Shown: positions 52,170 through 63,108 of the stretch, piece after piece
Layout of the letters: every line of letters starts with the position of its first letter
Numbering within the stretch: the first letter of the stretch is position 1
Origin: Octopus sinensis
Taxonomy: Eukaryota
Length of the DNA: 64,000 nucleotides
Assembly (NCBI RefSeq): GCF_006345805.1
Contig: NC_043021.1
Span: forward strand, 3,720,001-3,784,000
Direction: 5' to 3'
Program-made: the position numbers and the translations under genes
The notes under the pieces: model-generated
Database searches by the model: none
Seen by the model: the letters and a program-made list of their open reading frames with translations, nothing else
What the model was told of the DNA's origin: nothing

Positions 52170-52577
52170 GTAAGAGAATGATAATATTTATCTCTTAGAC
52201 AACGTTTGGATCCCTGTAAAGAAATTTATATATTGGGCTGTCACTTAAATTCATTAGCTTTTTTTCCTTCTTGCCTGAAGAGTGGTCAAATTTATTCAAA
52301 CTTCAAAAATGATAAACAAAAGTTGTGAAGGAATTATTGTATGTCCATGGGAGAAGGAGAAACCTAGATAGAGAGGGAATTCCAGAAGGTCAACATGCTG
52401 GAGAGAAAGAACTGGGTGTAATGATTAGCAATAGGACACTACAAAGGCGATGAGAGAAGGGAAAACGAATGAGTTGTGAGTGTCTGAGTGAAGATAACAC
52501 TAGACAAGCTAGCTCCAAAGAGCAGTGGTCACTGTAGTAGTGGTAGAAAGAACAAAGAGAGGACACTTCACTTTCAA

Positions 52578-52977
52578 GGCGACGAGCTGGCAGAATCGTT
52601 AGCACACCGGGCGAAATGCTTAGCAGTATTTCGTCTGCCTTTACGTTCTGAGTTCAAATTCCGCCGAGGTCGACTTTGCCTTTCATCCTTTCGGGGTCGA
52701 TTAAATAAGTACCAGTTATGCACTGGGGTTGATATAATCGACTCAATCCGTTTGTCCTCTCTGTGTTTAGCCCCTTGTGGGTAGTAAAGAAATAGGTATT
52801 TTGTCTGCCGTTACGTTCTGAGTTCAAATTCCGCCGAGGCCGACTTTGCCTTTCATCCTTTCGGGGTCGATTAAATAAGTACCAGTTACGCACTGGGGTC
52901 GATGTAATCGACTTAATCTGTTTGTCTGTCCTTGTTTGTCCCCTCTAAGTTTAGCCCCTTGTGGGCAATAAAGAAAT
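52578..52977 (+). mobile_element. SINE family B dimer
   Basis: Same junction at about 52794. Confidence 0.85.
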
Positions 52978-53604
52978 AAGGATAGAGGCTGGAGTGTGTT
53001 GGCGAGCACAGTGTGACATCTTCCTCCTTCTCTAACTCTTCTGTTAATCTCGGCCATAGTAGAAACAGATGTGGGAACCAGGTGAACTCTTTATCCATCT
53101 TTCTCAAGAAATATAGCTCACATAAGACTCTTTGCTGACTCAATCATCTTTTTATTACATTTTGCAGGAATTTCATCCATTTTAGAGCCTTTCAATTTCA
53201 TTGTCACTATTATCATTATTATACATGGGAAGTAATGTCTTCCTTCCTTCAGATAATCTATATTTAAAAGATAAAAATTTAGTTAGGTGTTAAATAACCA
53301 CCTAAGGGATATTAAATATTCAAAGAATTTACTGGGTTATTTTTTACCTATATAAATAACAATGTTAAGAACTATCGCTCTTAACAAATAAATAAATAAA
53401 ATAAACGTATGGTTTATCAATATATAAATATAAATTAGAAATGGAAACCAAAATAATAAATTTATCAATTAATAATTTAATCATTAAATGATAAATTCAA
53501 TTCAGTTTTGATATTTTATGCAGACAAATGACACATCCCGTAAATAACAGCTGTTTCAACGCCATTAATAAAAAACAGTTTTTAATCGTTATTTTTTGTT
53601 AAGT

Positions 53605-54030
53605 TCCAACACTCCATTTGAGTGTTAAATAACAAATTTTTATCAGAAAAGATCTTTGAGAGTAATTCAATAGTTTCTTGGAAACCAATCTCACTCAACT
53701 TTTAGGGCAATATAAAGTTACAGTAGCGTTCATGCTTGGCCAGAGCTACCTGGCGTAGTAATAGCTTTGCTTTCTCCTCATCCGATCATGACTTACAATT
53801 TTTGCTAAAAATTTCTTTCTACCTTCTATAGTACGCAGGAAACGTAATACCCTCCTCTGGATTATAAGTGAATTCAGAAATCAAGCTCGCCACGCCGTCT
53901 GGCATAAACGAACCTACTGAATTTTCAGACTTCCTTGACTGTAACTCAATTAACTGTTTTTGTAATATTTGCTTCTGCAATACCTGTAATAGTCCCTGTT
54001 GCTTCTCTTGAAGCTGTATCACTGCAGCCT
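53605..54030 (-). mobile_element. Gypsy gag-like fragment
   Basis: SEFTYNPEEGITFPAYYRR...EEKAKLLLR...HERYCNFILP...ETIELLSKIF, typical of invertebrate Gypsy gag; frameshifted. Confidence 0.7.
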
Positions 54031-54118
54031 AAAAGGCTCTCCACAATTTAACAAATTGTACGATGCACAAATTATCAAATAACTCACGTGAGCTTTGAAA
54101 AATCCTCATCACCAGATG

Positions 54119-54420
54119 TTATATCCTTAAGCCTCCAATATCAGAGTATGGTTGACATTGTTGACAATAAATAAAGAATACGCACAAGAGCTCAAACTGC
54201 AGGACAAGATTGCAAGTGTCGAACGCAAAAAGTTCTAAGGTGTTTTCTTCAGAAAGTGAATACGACACAAAAACAAGAAAATTCATACATGTAAAAATAA
54301 ATGGTGTAAATATTAAACTACAGTTGGATAAGGGCAGTGATATTTCAATCATAGATGCGGATACATGGAGAACAATCGGGAAATTGAGGTTATGCAAAAC
54401 AGAAAAAATTGCGCAAGCCA
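54119..54420 (+). mobile_element. Gypsy retropepsin (aspartic protease) fragment
   Basis: KFIHVKINGVNIKLQLDKGSDISIIDADTW..IG; the catalytic D-T-G motif has decayed to D-K-G. Confidence 0.8.
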
Positions 54421-55288
54421 CATCCTGCAATACTACACTTCTCTCAGTTGAGGGGCCTTGTCTTGTGGGTTATTTGGTAACCCCACTAGTGCCAGTGCCA
54501 TGTGAAGAGCACCCAGCACACTTTGTAAAGTGGTTGGCACTAGGAAGGGCATCCAGATGCAGAAACACTGTCAAAGCAGATACTGGAGCTTGGCCATAGT
54601 CCTCTGGCTCATCAACTTCTGTCAAACTGCTCAACATATGTCAGCATGGAAGACTGATATGAAAATGATGATGATGATTTCTATGTATATACAATGCGTA
54701 TTGCTGTACTTGAGAAGACATGCCCACCACAGCAGAATTGAGATCCTAAAACCAAGGTGCCATGTAAAAAGTGCTGGTGTCACTTAAAAAGAACCTGTAA
54801 TGGTTCCTCATAAAAAGCACCAAGTACACTCAGTGGAATAGTTGGTGTTAGGAAGGGCATCCAGCCATAGAAACCAAGCCAAAGCAGACTATGGGACCTG
54901 GTGTGACCCCCTAACCTTACCAGTTCATGTCAAGCCCTTCAACCCATTCCAGCATGGAGAACAGACATCAAATGATGATGTTGATGATGACACGTGTATC
55001 TAGGTGGTGCTACTGCATAACATTAACTGTGATGGCTAAACACACACACACACACACACACAAACATACACACACACACACACACCACACACACATTCAA
55101 ACACACACACACACACACTCAAACACACACACACACACATTCAAACACACACACACACACACTCAAACACACACACATATATTTATATTTCTAATATGGT
55201 TTTGTGTTTTCTTCATTACGTGATATCAATTAACTAATTAATTAATTGATTGAAAAACAAAATTATAGATTTTGCTTTTGTTTTTCAG

Positions 55289-55316
55289 GGTGAGCCTTCA
55301 AAGGAAACAACAACAG
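55289..55316 (+). CDS. EFCAB5: EFCAB5 coding exon 7 (28-nt micro-exon)
   Basis: Strong TTTTGCTTTTGTTTTTCAG acceptor and CAG|GTAAAT donor, phase 0 to 1, reading GEPSKETTT. This is exactly the phase needed to join exon 6 to exon 8. Confidence 0.7.
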
Positions 55317-55503
55317 GTAAATCAACTTATTGGCTTAATTCTACCCTTCTTTTTTGATAATCGGAGAATGAATGAGATGATATGGAATGGGTAGAAAGAA
55401 AAGGGAATACAATATTGTTTGAGCAGTTCATGAGGTCCCTGATGATGGTGACGGGGATGAGATGAAGTTCCTTTCCTCTTTCCCCTAGAGAAAAAGGAGA
55501 GAG

Positions 55504-55541
<38 letters not shown>

Positions 55542-55724
55542 ACACACACAAGCTCACACACACACACACAAGCTCACCCTGCTTCTGCTTCCTCCAGTAG
55601 ATTGAGGTAGAAAGTAAGTCAGGACAGAAACGTGTGTGTGTGTGTGTGTGTGTGTGCGTGCATGTGTGTATCCATGTGTGTGTATGTTGTTATACTTGGG
55701 GATGGTTCTGTTTTGCTAATTAAA

Positions 55725-56320
55725 CACACACACTATATATTTGGTCTTCACTTCACCTTTATTATTATTATTATTATTATTATTAATATTTTAGTTTCTT
55801 TGTCAAAGCTCTTTTGGCACGCATCCTGTGACCTCTTCAGCGACCCTTTGCCCCATGTGCCTCTTCTTCTGCTTATTCCATTTTGTCTTTCTGTGATAAC
55901 TGCCAAAATACGACCATCCCCAAGTATAACAATATTTGTTTCCACACAATCTCACATCAAGAATCTTGCAGGAACCACTTGGTGAGAGCCTCAGAACAAA
56001 TTTGTGGCTGGTGCAAAGTGCCAACCAGACACACACACACTATATATTTGGTCTTCACTTAAGCTTTATTATTATTATTTTAGCTTCTTTGTCAAAGCTC
56101 TTTTGGCACACATCCTGTGACCTCTTCAGCGACCCTTTGTCCCATGTGCCTCTTCTTCTGCTTATTCCATTTTGTCTTTCTGTGATAACTGCCAAAATGT
56201 GACCATCCCCAAGTATAACAATATTTGTTTCCACACACAATCTCACACCAAGAATCTTGCAGGAACCACTTGGTGAGAGCCTCAGAACAAATTTGTGGCT
56301 GGTGCGAAGTCCCAGCCAGG
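55725..56320. repeat. Tandem duplication, 2 x ~300 bp
   Basis: 55725-56028 is repeated at 56030-56320 with scattered substitutions. Confidence 0.9.
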
Positions 56321-56503
56321 CCCAAGATGACATGGCGGTGGAACAGGGTAGTTGACAGGGCCATTAGAGCAAAAGAATCAGGCTTGGAAGGACTAGAAAG
56401 GGTTAGTGGCAGCAAGGAGTTATATCAGGATATCAGGCAGGTAGAAGAGAAGCTAGGAAGCAGGTATACTTTAGCAGAGAGGGAGAAGTTTGCCAGTGTC
56501 TTA
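56250..56503 (+). mobile_element. RTE-clade LINE ORF2 linker fragment
   Basis: EQICGWCEVPARPKMTWRWNRVVDRAIRAK, comparable to the ..CG...RP..TWWWN..VD.AI..K linker motif. Confidence 0.65.
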
Positions 56504-56659
56504 CCATCTGAACATGATCGGTGTTAGGCCTACCTAACTGGCTCCCATGCCGGTGGCATGTAAAAAGCACCCACAACACTCTCAGACTGGTTGGCATTAG
56601 GAAGGGCAACATTGCCTGATCAGATAGGAGCCTGGTGCAGTCGCTGGCTCTCCAGACCT
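56504..56659 (+). repeat. RTE 3'UTR fragment, near-identical inverted copy of 59954-60113
   Basis: Shares the private variants GGGCAACATTGCCTGATCAGATAGG and AGGCCTACCTAACTGGCTCCCATGCC with its partner. Confidence 0.9.
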
Positions 56660-57811
56660 TTAAAAGGGCGCATTTATCAGGACCAGAGGCTTGAAGGGTT
56701 TCAGCTTGCAAGACGTATAATAGGTGTTCCCATAGGCAGCAGACCTTAACCCTTTAGCATTCGGATCATTCTGTCAAATGCAATGCATATTTATTCACAT
56801 TGTTTTGGAATAATCTTGCATTATCTCATAGCTTTGAGATTTTAATGATATAAATAGATGTTAAAGGATGATGATGATGATGATGATGGTGGTGATGATA
56901 TACATTGTTTATTTTTAGAATGACATTGAAGGGTAGAATATTGCTTGTTTAAAGGATATTACTTGTTTAAATGCTAAACAGTTTAAACTTCTTTGTAAAG
57001 AGCTTAGGAAACTGTAATGAAGAGGACAAGGCTGAAAACTGAGCCTTGATAAACATTTAGCTGCAGACTAAACTCCCAGCTGAACTTATAGGCAACTCTC
57101 ACTTTGCTCACTCTATCTCTCTTACATGGCTTGCATTGTTCTCAGAATTCAATTGTCTACACCTAGTTTTCAAACTACCGATCAAGGTATCCCATTAAAA
57201 GCCACCGTTTCGAGATAGGTTGTGTTTCTCTCTTTACTCTTTACTCTTTTACTTGTTTCAGTCATTTGACTGCGGCCATGCTGGAGCACCGCCTTTAGTC
57301 GAGCAAATCGACCCCGGGACTTATTCTTTTGTAAGCCCAGTACTTATTCTATCGAACCGCTAAGTGATGGGGACGTAAACACACCAGCATCGGTTGTCAA
57401 GCAATGCTAGGGGGACAAACACAGACACACAAACACAAACACATACACACACATACATATACATATATACGACAGGCTTCTTTCAGTTTCCGTCTACCAA
57501 ATCCACTCACAAGGCATTGGTCGGCCCGGGGCTATAGCAGAAGACACTTGCCCAAGATGCCATGCAGTGAGACTGAACCCGGAACCATGTGGTTGGTTAG
57601 CAAGTTACTTACCACACAGCCACTCCTGCGCCTATTTCTAGAATTTCTTCTTCTACTCTTCTACAGACTCTACCATAATAACTAGGTTATTAGCTTATTA
57701 GGAGTTCCCATGAACAGTATCAAACATAGACCAATGATACAAGCTGCTTTATCGTTGTGTGATATCCGATGTTTAATAGAACCGTATGAATTATCTAATC
57801 ATTTTGATATC

Positions 57812-58365
57812 CAATCATCATCATCATCATTTAGCATCCGCTTTCCATGCTAGCATGGGTTGGACGGTTCGACTGGGGATCTGGGAAGCCAGAAGGCTGC
57901 ACCAGACTCCAGTCTGATCTGGCAGTGTTTCTACGGCTGGATGCCCTTCTTAATGCCAACCACTCCGTGAGTGTAGTGGGTGCTTTTTGCGTGCCAGATG
58001 AGGCTGGCAAACGGCCACGGTCAGATGGTGCTTTTTACATGCCACTGGCACGGAGGCCTGTCGGGGCAGTGCTGGCAACGGCCACGTTCGGATGGTTCGC
58101 TTACGTGCCACCGGCACTGGTATCACACTTACAATTTCCATTGATGTTGATCGATTTCCATTTTGATTCAGATTCTCACTTGCCTCAACAGGTCTTCACA
58201 AGTAGAGTTTTGTGTCCCAAGAAGGAAAGGTATGCATAAGTAGACTGGCTACATCCCAGGTAGAGGCCATGGGTTATGGTCTCACTTGTCCTGCCGGGTC
58301 CTCTCACACACAGCATACTTCCATAGGTCTCGGTCTCTGGACATTTCCTCGGTGGGACCTAAAGT
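57812..58365 (-). mobile_element. 5'-truncated RTE LINE (ORF2 C-terminus, 3'UTR and (TGA)n tail)
   Basis: TLGPTEEMSRDRDLWKYAVCERTRQDK* runs into the abundant GTTGGCATTAGGAAGGGCATCCAGC repeat. Confidence 0.8.
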
Positions 58366-58371
58366 TTGAAT

Positions 58372-58545
58372 GATATTGTTTGAATGATATTGAATGATAT
58401 TGAATGACATTGAATGATATTGAATGATATTGAATGATATTGAATGATATTGTTTGAATGACATTGAATGATATTGAATGATATTGAATGATATTGAATG
58501 ATATTGTTTGAATGATATTGAATGATATTGAATGATATTGTTTGC
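58372..58545. repeat. 10-bp minisatellite (AATGATATTG)n just upstream of the exon 8 acceptor
   Basis: Seen directly, about 16 units. Confidence 0.95.
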
Positions 58546-58595
58546 AGACACTCTAGCTGATATTTTCTGTTGTTATCTCCTCGTTTGATCCACAG

Positions 58596-59177
58596 ATAGT
58601 TTTGTAGTCAGTGATGGAGAAGCAAGAGGCACTGAAGAGGAAGACGAGGAAGAACAGGATAGTACTGAAGATAAACCAGAAACTGATGAATATTCTGATA
58701 ATGGAAGTAAAGATGAGGATGAGGACGATGTAAATAAAACTGGGGAGCATAGTGAAATTGACAGTGTTACTAGAGATGCTGAGAATGTGGGTGGTGCAGA
58801 GAATGCCAGCACTGCAGAGGATGCTGTAGCTGGAGATGAAGAGGATGCCCCTGCGGAAGATAATGCTGCTGTCACAGAGGACGCTAATGCCGAAGATGAT
58901 TTAGATGATGATGAAGCGGAAGAAGAAGTGGAAGAAGACGATGAAGGAGCCAGAGTTAGAAAGTCTTTGTTAGAATATTCATCGGAATTTACCTCAACCG
59001 GTGCCGAATATAGTTTTGCTATGTCAAAGATGGAGGACGACAATTACCAACTTGTCAGCTGGATTAAAAGGGTGTTCGAAGTGATTGATGAAGTCACCAA
59101 ATCACAAGAAAATCTTTGGCAGGAGAAGCTAGCAGCTTCAATACTCAAGCTTGAAGAGTCTAAAGATTCAGCAGACA
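58596..59177 (+). CDS. EFCAB5: EFCAB5 coding exon 8 (582 nt, Asp/Glu-rich low-complexity segment); the gene continues beyond the window
   Basis: CCACAG acceptor and A|GTAAGT donor, phase 1-1. Open frame SFVVSDGEARGTEEEDEEEQDS...DDDEAEEEVEEDDEG...YQLVSWIKRVFEVIDEV...KLEESKDSAD. Assigned to EFCAB5 by strand, phase and position. Confidence 0.8.
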
Positions 59178-59371
59178 GTAAGTAGGACATTTTTGTTTTG
59201 TTTCTTAATTAAAAAAAAAAAAAAAATTCTGTTTTATCCAACCCAGTCAAGAAACCAAAAAAAAAAAAAAAGGTCCAAAACAGGGAACAGAAGAAGAGCC
59301 AGAAATAGGGATCAGCTTCTGGAATTGATGTGTTATATCAATCAGAAGTTGTATATATGCCTGGGTATATA

Positions 59372-59832
59372 TTCAGGGGTGCTGAAAAGTTTGGTTGGAG
59401 GTTCAAACTCCTGAGTTCTTTTATAGGGCTTAGAAATACTGAAGGACCCCCTGCAATAAGTGTGTAAATCTGACATTGGAATATGTTGAATAAAATCATA
59501 ATTAACTGATCCTCCCTGTATTTCTTTTTACTCAAAGCCTAGAAGTTTTCAGCACCCCCTCATGTAAATGTATGTATGTATGTATGTATATATATATATA
59601 TATATATATAAGAGAGAGGGTGCTGAAAAGTTCCTGGCTTTAAGGGTATTGCAAAAGGCCTGGTCAGAGGCCCAGCCTTCCAAGTTCTTTTATACAGGGC
59701 TTAGAAAGGTGGAGGGAACACTGCAATAAGCATGTGAATTTGAGAGGGAATATGTTGATTAAGATCATAATTAACTGATCCTCCTGCATTTTCTTTTACC
59801 CAAAACCAGGAACTTCTCAGCAGCCCCTTCGT
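59372..59832. mobile_element. Two adjacent mariner-derived MITEs (59372-59564 and 59611-59832)
   Basis: TIRs GGGGTGCTGAAAAGTT...AACTT(T/C)TCAGCA.CCCC with TA flanks. A remnant AATAAGTGTGTAAATCTGA...GAATATGTTGAATAA resembles a transposase C-terminus. Confidence 0.7.
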
Positions 59833-59883
59833 ATGTGTCTGTGTATATGTGCATGTTCATATATATATATATATATATATATA

Positions 59884-60448
59884 TCATCGTCATCATCATC
59901 ATCATCATTTAACGTCTGTTTTCCATGCTGGCATGGGTTGGACGGTTTGACTGAGGTCTGGAGAGCCAGCGGCTGCACCAGGCTCCTATCTGATCAGGCA
60001 ATGTTGCCCTTCCTAATGCCAACCACTCTGAGAGTGTTGGTTGTGGGTGCTTTTTACATGCCACCGGCATGGGAGCCAGTTAGGTAGGCCTGACACCGAT
60101 CATGTTCGGATGGTACTTTTTACATGCCACCAGCACAAGAGCCAGTCAAGGGGTACTGGCATCGCACACGGTCAGTTGGTGCTTTTTACGGCACAGGAGC
60201 CAGTCGGGGGTCATTGGCCACAGCTATGATATTGGTTTTATTTGATTCTACGGGTCTTCTCAAACATATCGCCTGACACATCAGGGGTATTCTTAACAGG
60301 GCTGGACATGTTGTGATCTCATTTTAGCTGCCAGGTCTTCTCAATCACAGCGTATCTCCAAAGGTCCTGGGCTCCTGTCATTGCCTCTGTGAGGCCCAAT
60401 GTTCGAAGGTCATGCTTGACTACTTTATCCCATGTCTTCCTGGGTCTG
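59884..60448 (-). mobile_element. 5'-truncated RTE LINE (ORF2 C-terminus and 3'UTR)
   Basis: RPRKTWDKVVKHDLRTLGLTEAMTGAQDLWRYAVIEKTWQLK* followed by the same 3'UTR and (TGA)n. Confidence 0.8.
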
Positions 60449-62468
60449 ATTCTGGAATATTCACTGTTGTTGTGAAAGTTTGCTGAATTGGACTGAATGT
60501 TGTGTACAACTGTTTATCTCATGTTAAACTCATCACTCAAAGTTCTCCAATATCAAACTGATATCTACTCAACTGTGGAGGCGCATGGCTTAGTGGTTAG
60601 GGTGTCAGCATCATGATCATAAGATTGTGGTTTCGATTCCTGGACCGGGCGACGTGTTGTGTTCTTGAGCAAGACACTTCATTTCACATTGCTCCAGTCC
60701 ACTCAGCTGGCAAAAATGAGTAACGCTGCGATGGACTGGCATCCCGTCCATCTGGGGAACACATACGCCATAGAAACTGGGAAACTGGGCCCATGAGCCC
60801 GGCTAGGCTTTAAAAAGGGCACATTTATTTATTTTTTTTATCTACTTAACTACAAAACATTTCATAGTGACAATGATGATGAAGATGACAACAGTGGTAG
60901 TGGTGGTGTGTAGTGGTAACATTGGTGGTGATTGTGATGGTGGTGATATAGTGGCTTCCACAACTACCAGTGCCAGTCTGGAGCAAAGAGAGGGAGTTTC
61001 AACACAGTCACACAAAAAGCTAGAAATAGCAGCAAAATATCCCTCAAAAACATATCCAATTGTCTCATAAAAGGAAGGACAAACTAGTCAATGTAGTTCT
61101 AGATAAACTGCTTGAAAAGGTGGAGGTTGTTATGACTGTGATACTTTCGATCATGGGTCTGCTTGACCAAGTCTGACCCAGGGCTAAACAGCCACTACCA
61201 GCTCTTATCTTTTTATCCTTTTTATCCTTTGCTTGTTTCAATCATTTGATCGTGGCCAGGCTGGGGCTTTGCCTTGAAGAACTTTTAGTTGAATGAGTCA
61301 AATCTCATGACTTATTCTTTAAAGCCAGGTACTTATTCTATTGGTCTTTTTTGCCAATAGAATATTCTTGCGGGGATGTAAACACACCAACACTGGTTGT
61401 CAAGCGACGATGTGGGACAAACACAGACACAAACACACACACACATGACAGGCTTCTTTCAGTTTCCATCTACCAAATCCTCTCTCGCAGGGCTTTGGTC
61501 AGCCTGAGGCTATAGTAGAAGACTCTTACCAAAGGTATTGCTTGGTGGGACTGAACTCAGAACCATGTGGTTGGGAAGCAAACTTCTTACCACACAGCCA
61601 CGTCTGGCTCTACTTTGGTTTTTGTTTATGTTGTTTGACCACAGGTCGGTCCTGTTGCTCAACATGTCCCCTTTACACATTTTTAAGATTGAACCATGTG
61701 ATTTGGGGGAGACTTGTCTGCTATACCTAGGATGTCAAACAACCATGGCAATGGCACTTTCGTTGGAAGGAGAGGCTTTAGTCTCGTTGAAATGTTGGCA
61801 TCCATTCTACATCACAGTTGAGTGCCTCACAATAGGAACGGCAGTTATGTAAACATAAACATTTATGTTAGCAATTAATATGCAAATGCTTGAATTTAGG
61901 TCAGGACAGTAAATCACCGATAAAAAACCTTTGTGACTAAACAAAGCCAAGTGTTTTATTTCCGCTAAATGAAGGTCAGGTCACTTCATCTTTTGTAAGC
62001 TCGGATACCTTTTAAATTAATCTTTTACCTTGTAATTGTTTGTTTCATGCTTTGTACTGTAGGGGCCCAGTAGGGACCCATGCTGGGGCACTGCCTTGAA
62101 GAATTTAGTCCAACAAATCAACTCCAGTATTTGTTTATTTACTCTTTTACTCTTTTACTTGTTTCAGTCATTTGACTGCGGCCATGCTGGAGCACCGCCT
62201 TTAGTCGAGCAAATCGACCCCGGGACTTATTCTTTGTAAGCCCAGTACTTATTCTATCAGTCTCTTTTGCCGAACCGCTAAGTGACGGGGACATTTATTT
62301 TTTTATTTTTATGCTGGACAACTTATCCTATCAGTCTCTTTAGACAAACTATTTAGTTATGCAGACATATACAAACCAACACCAGTGGTCAAATGGTGAT
62401 GAGAGACAAACACAAAGACACGCACACACACAGTCATAAACACACACACACATGCGTATGTATATATA

Positions 62469-62506
<38 letters not shown>

Positions 62507-62844
62507 TGTGACCAACCAGGCTATCAGATGTTGCTACACATCGCTGGTCACAATGCGCTTTGCATTGTTTTAGCCTTCAAATGACGCTACCCCACTGGCT
62601 AAGCGAGCAGGCCAACAGAAGAAAGTGTGAGAGAAAGTTGTGGTGAAAGAGTACAGCAGGGATCACCACCATCCCCTGCCGGAGCCTCGGGGGGCTTTTC
62701 AGGTGTTTTCGCTCAATAAACACTCACAACGCCCGGTCTGGGAATCGAAACTGTGATTCTACGATCGCGAGTCCGCTGCCCTAACCACTGGGCCATTGCA
62801 CCTCTCTCTCTCTCTCTCTATATATATATATTCTTCGAAATGCA

Positions 62845-63108
62845 ATTCATGGTGTCTGATTATATTGTGAGTTTTCTTTTTTAAATCAATTTTTGTGAAC
62901 CCATGGAAAGATAAAATATTCATGTTGTTTATGAATATGATTTCTGTCATGGAACCAATGCATCCCAGACACCTCGAAGCATCAATGAGGTGTTTGGTGA
63001 ATGAGCGCACTGTACATCAATGATTTGAGAAGTTCCGGTCTGGTGACTTTACTCTTGAAAATCAGCCCCATGGTAGACCCGAGACCAAGGTGGATAATGA
63101 TGAGCTGA
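62845..63108 (+). mobile_element. Mariner transposase N-terminal fragment
   Basis: YEYDFCHGTNASQTPRSINEVF...ERTVHQ*FEKFRSGDFTLENQPHGRPETKVDNDEL. Confidence 0.75.

Noticed and set aside
60868-61070. Phase-1-compatible candidate next exon
   Set aside because: It is low-complexity GGT/GAT sequence running into a dispersed repeat also seen at 37700, 39517 and 45520, with no EFCAB5 similarity.
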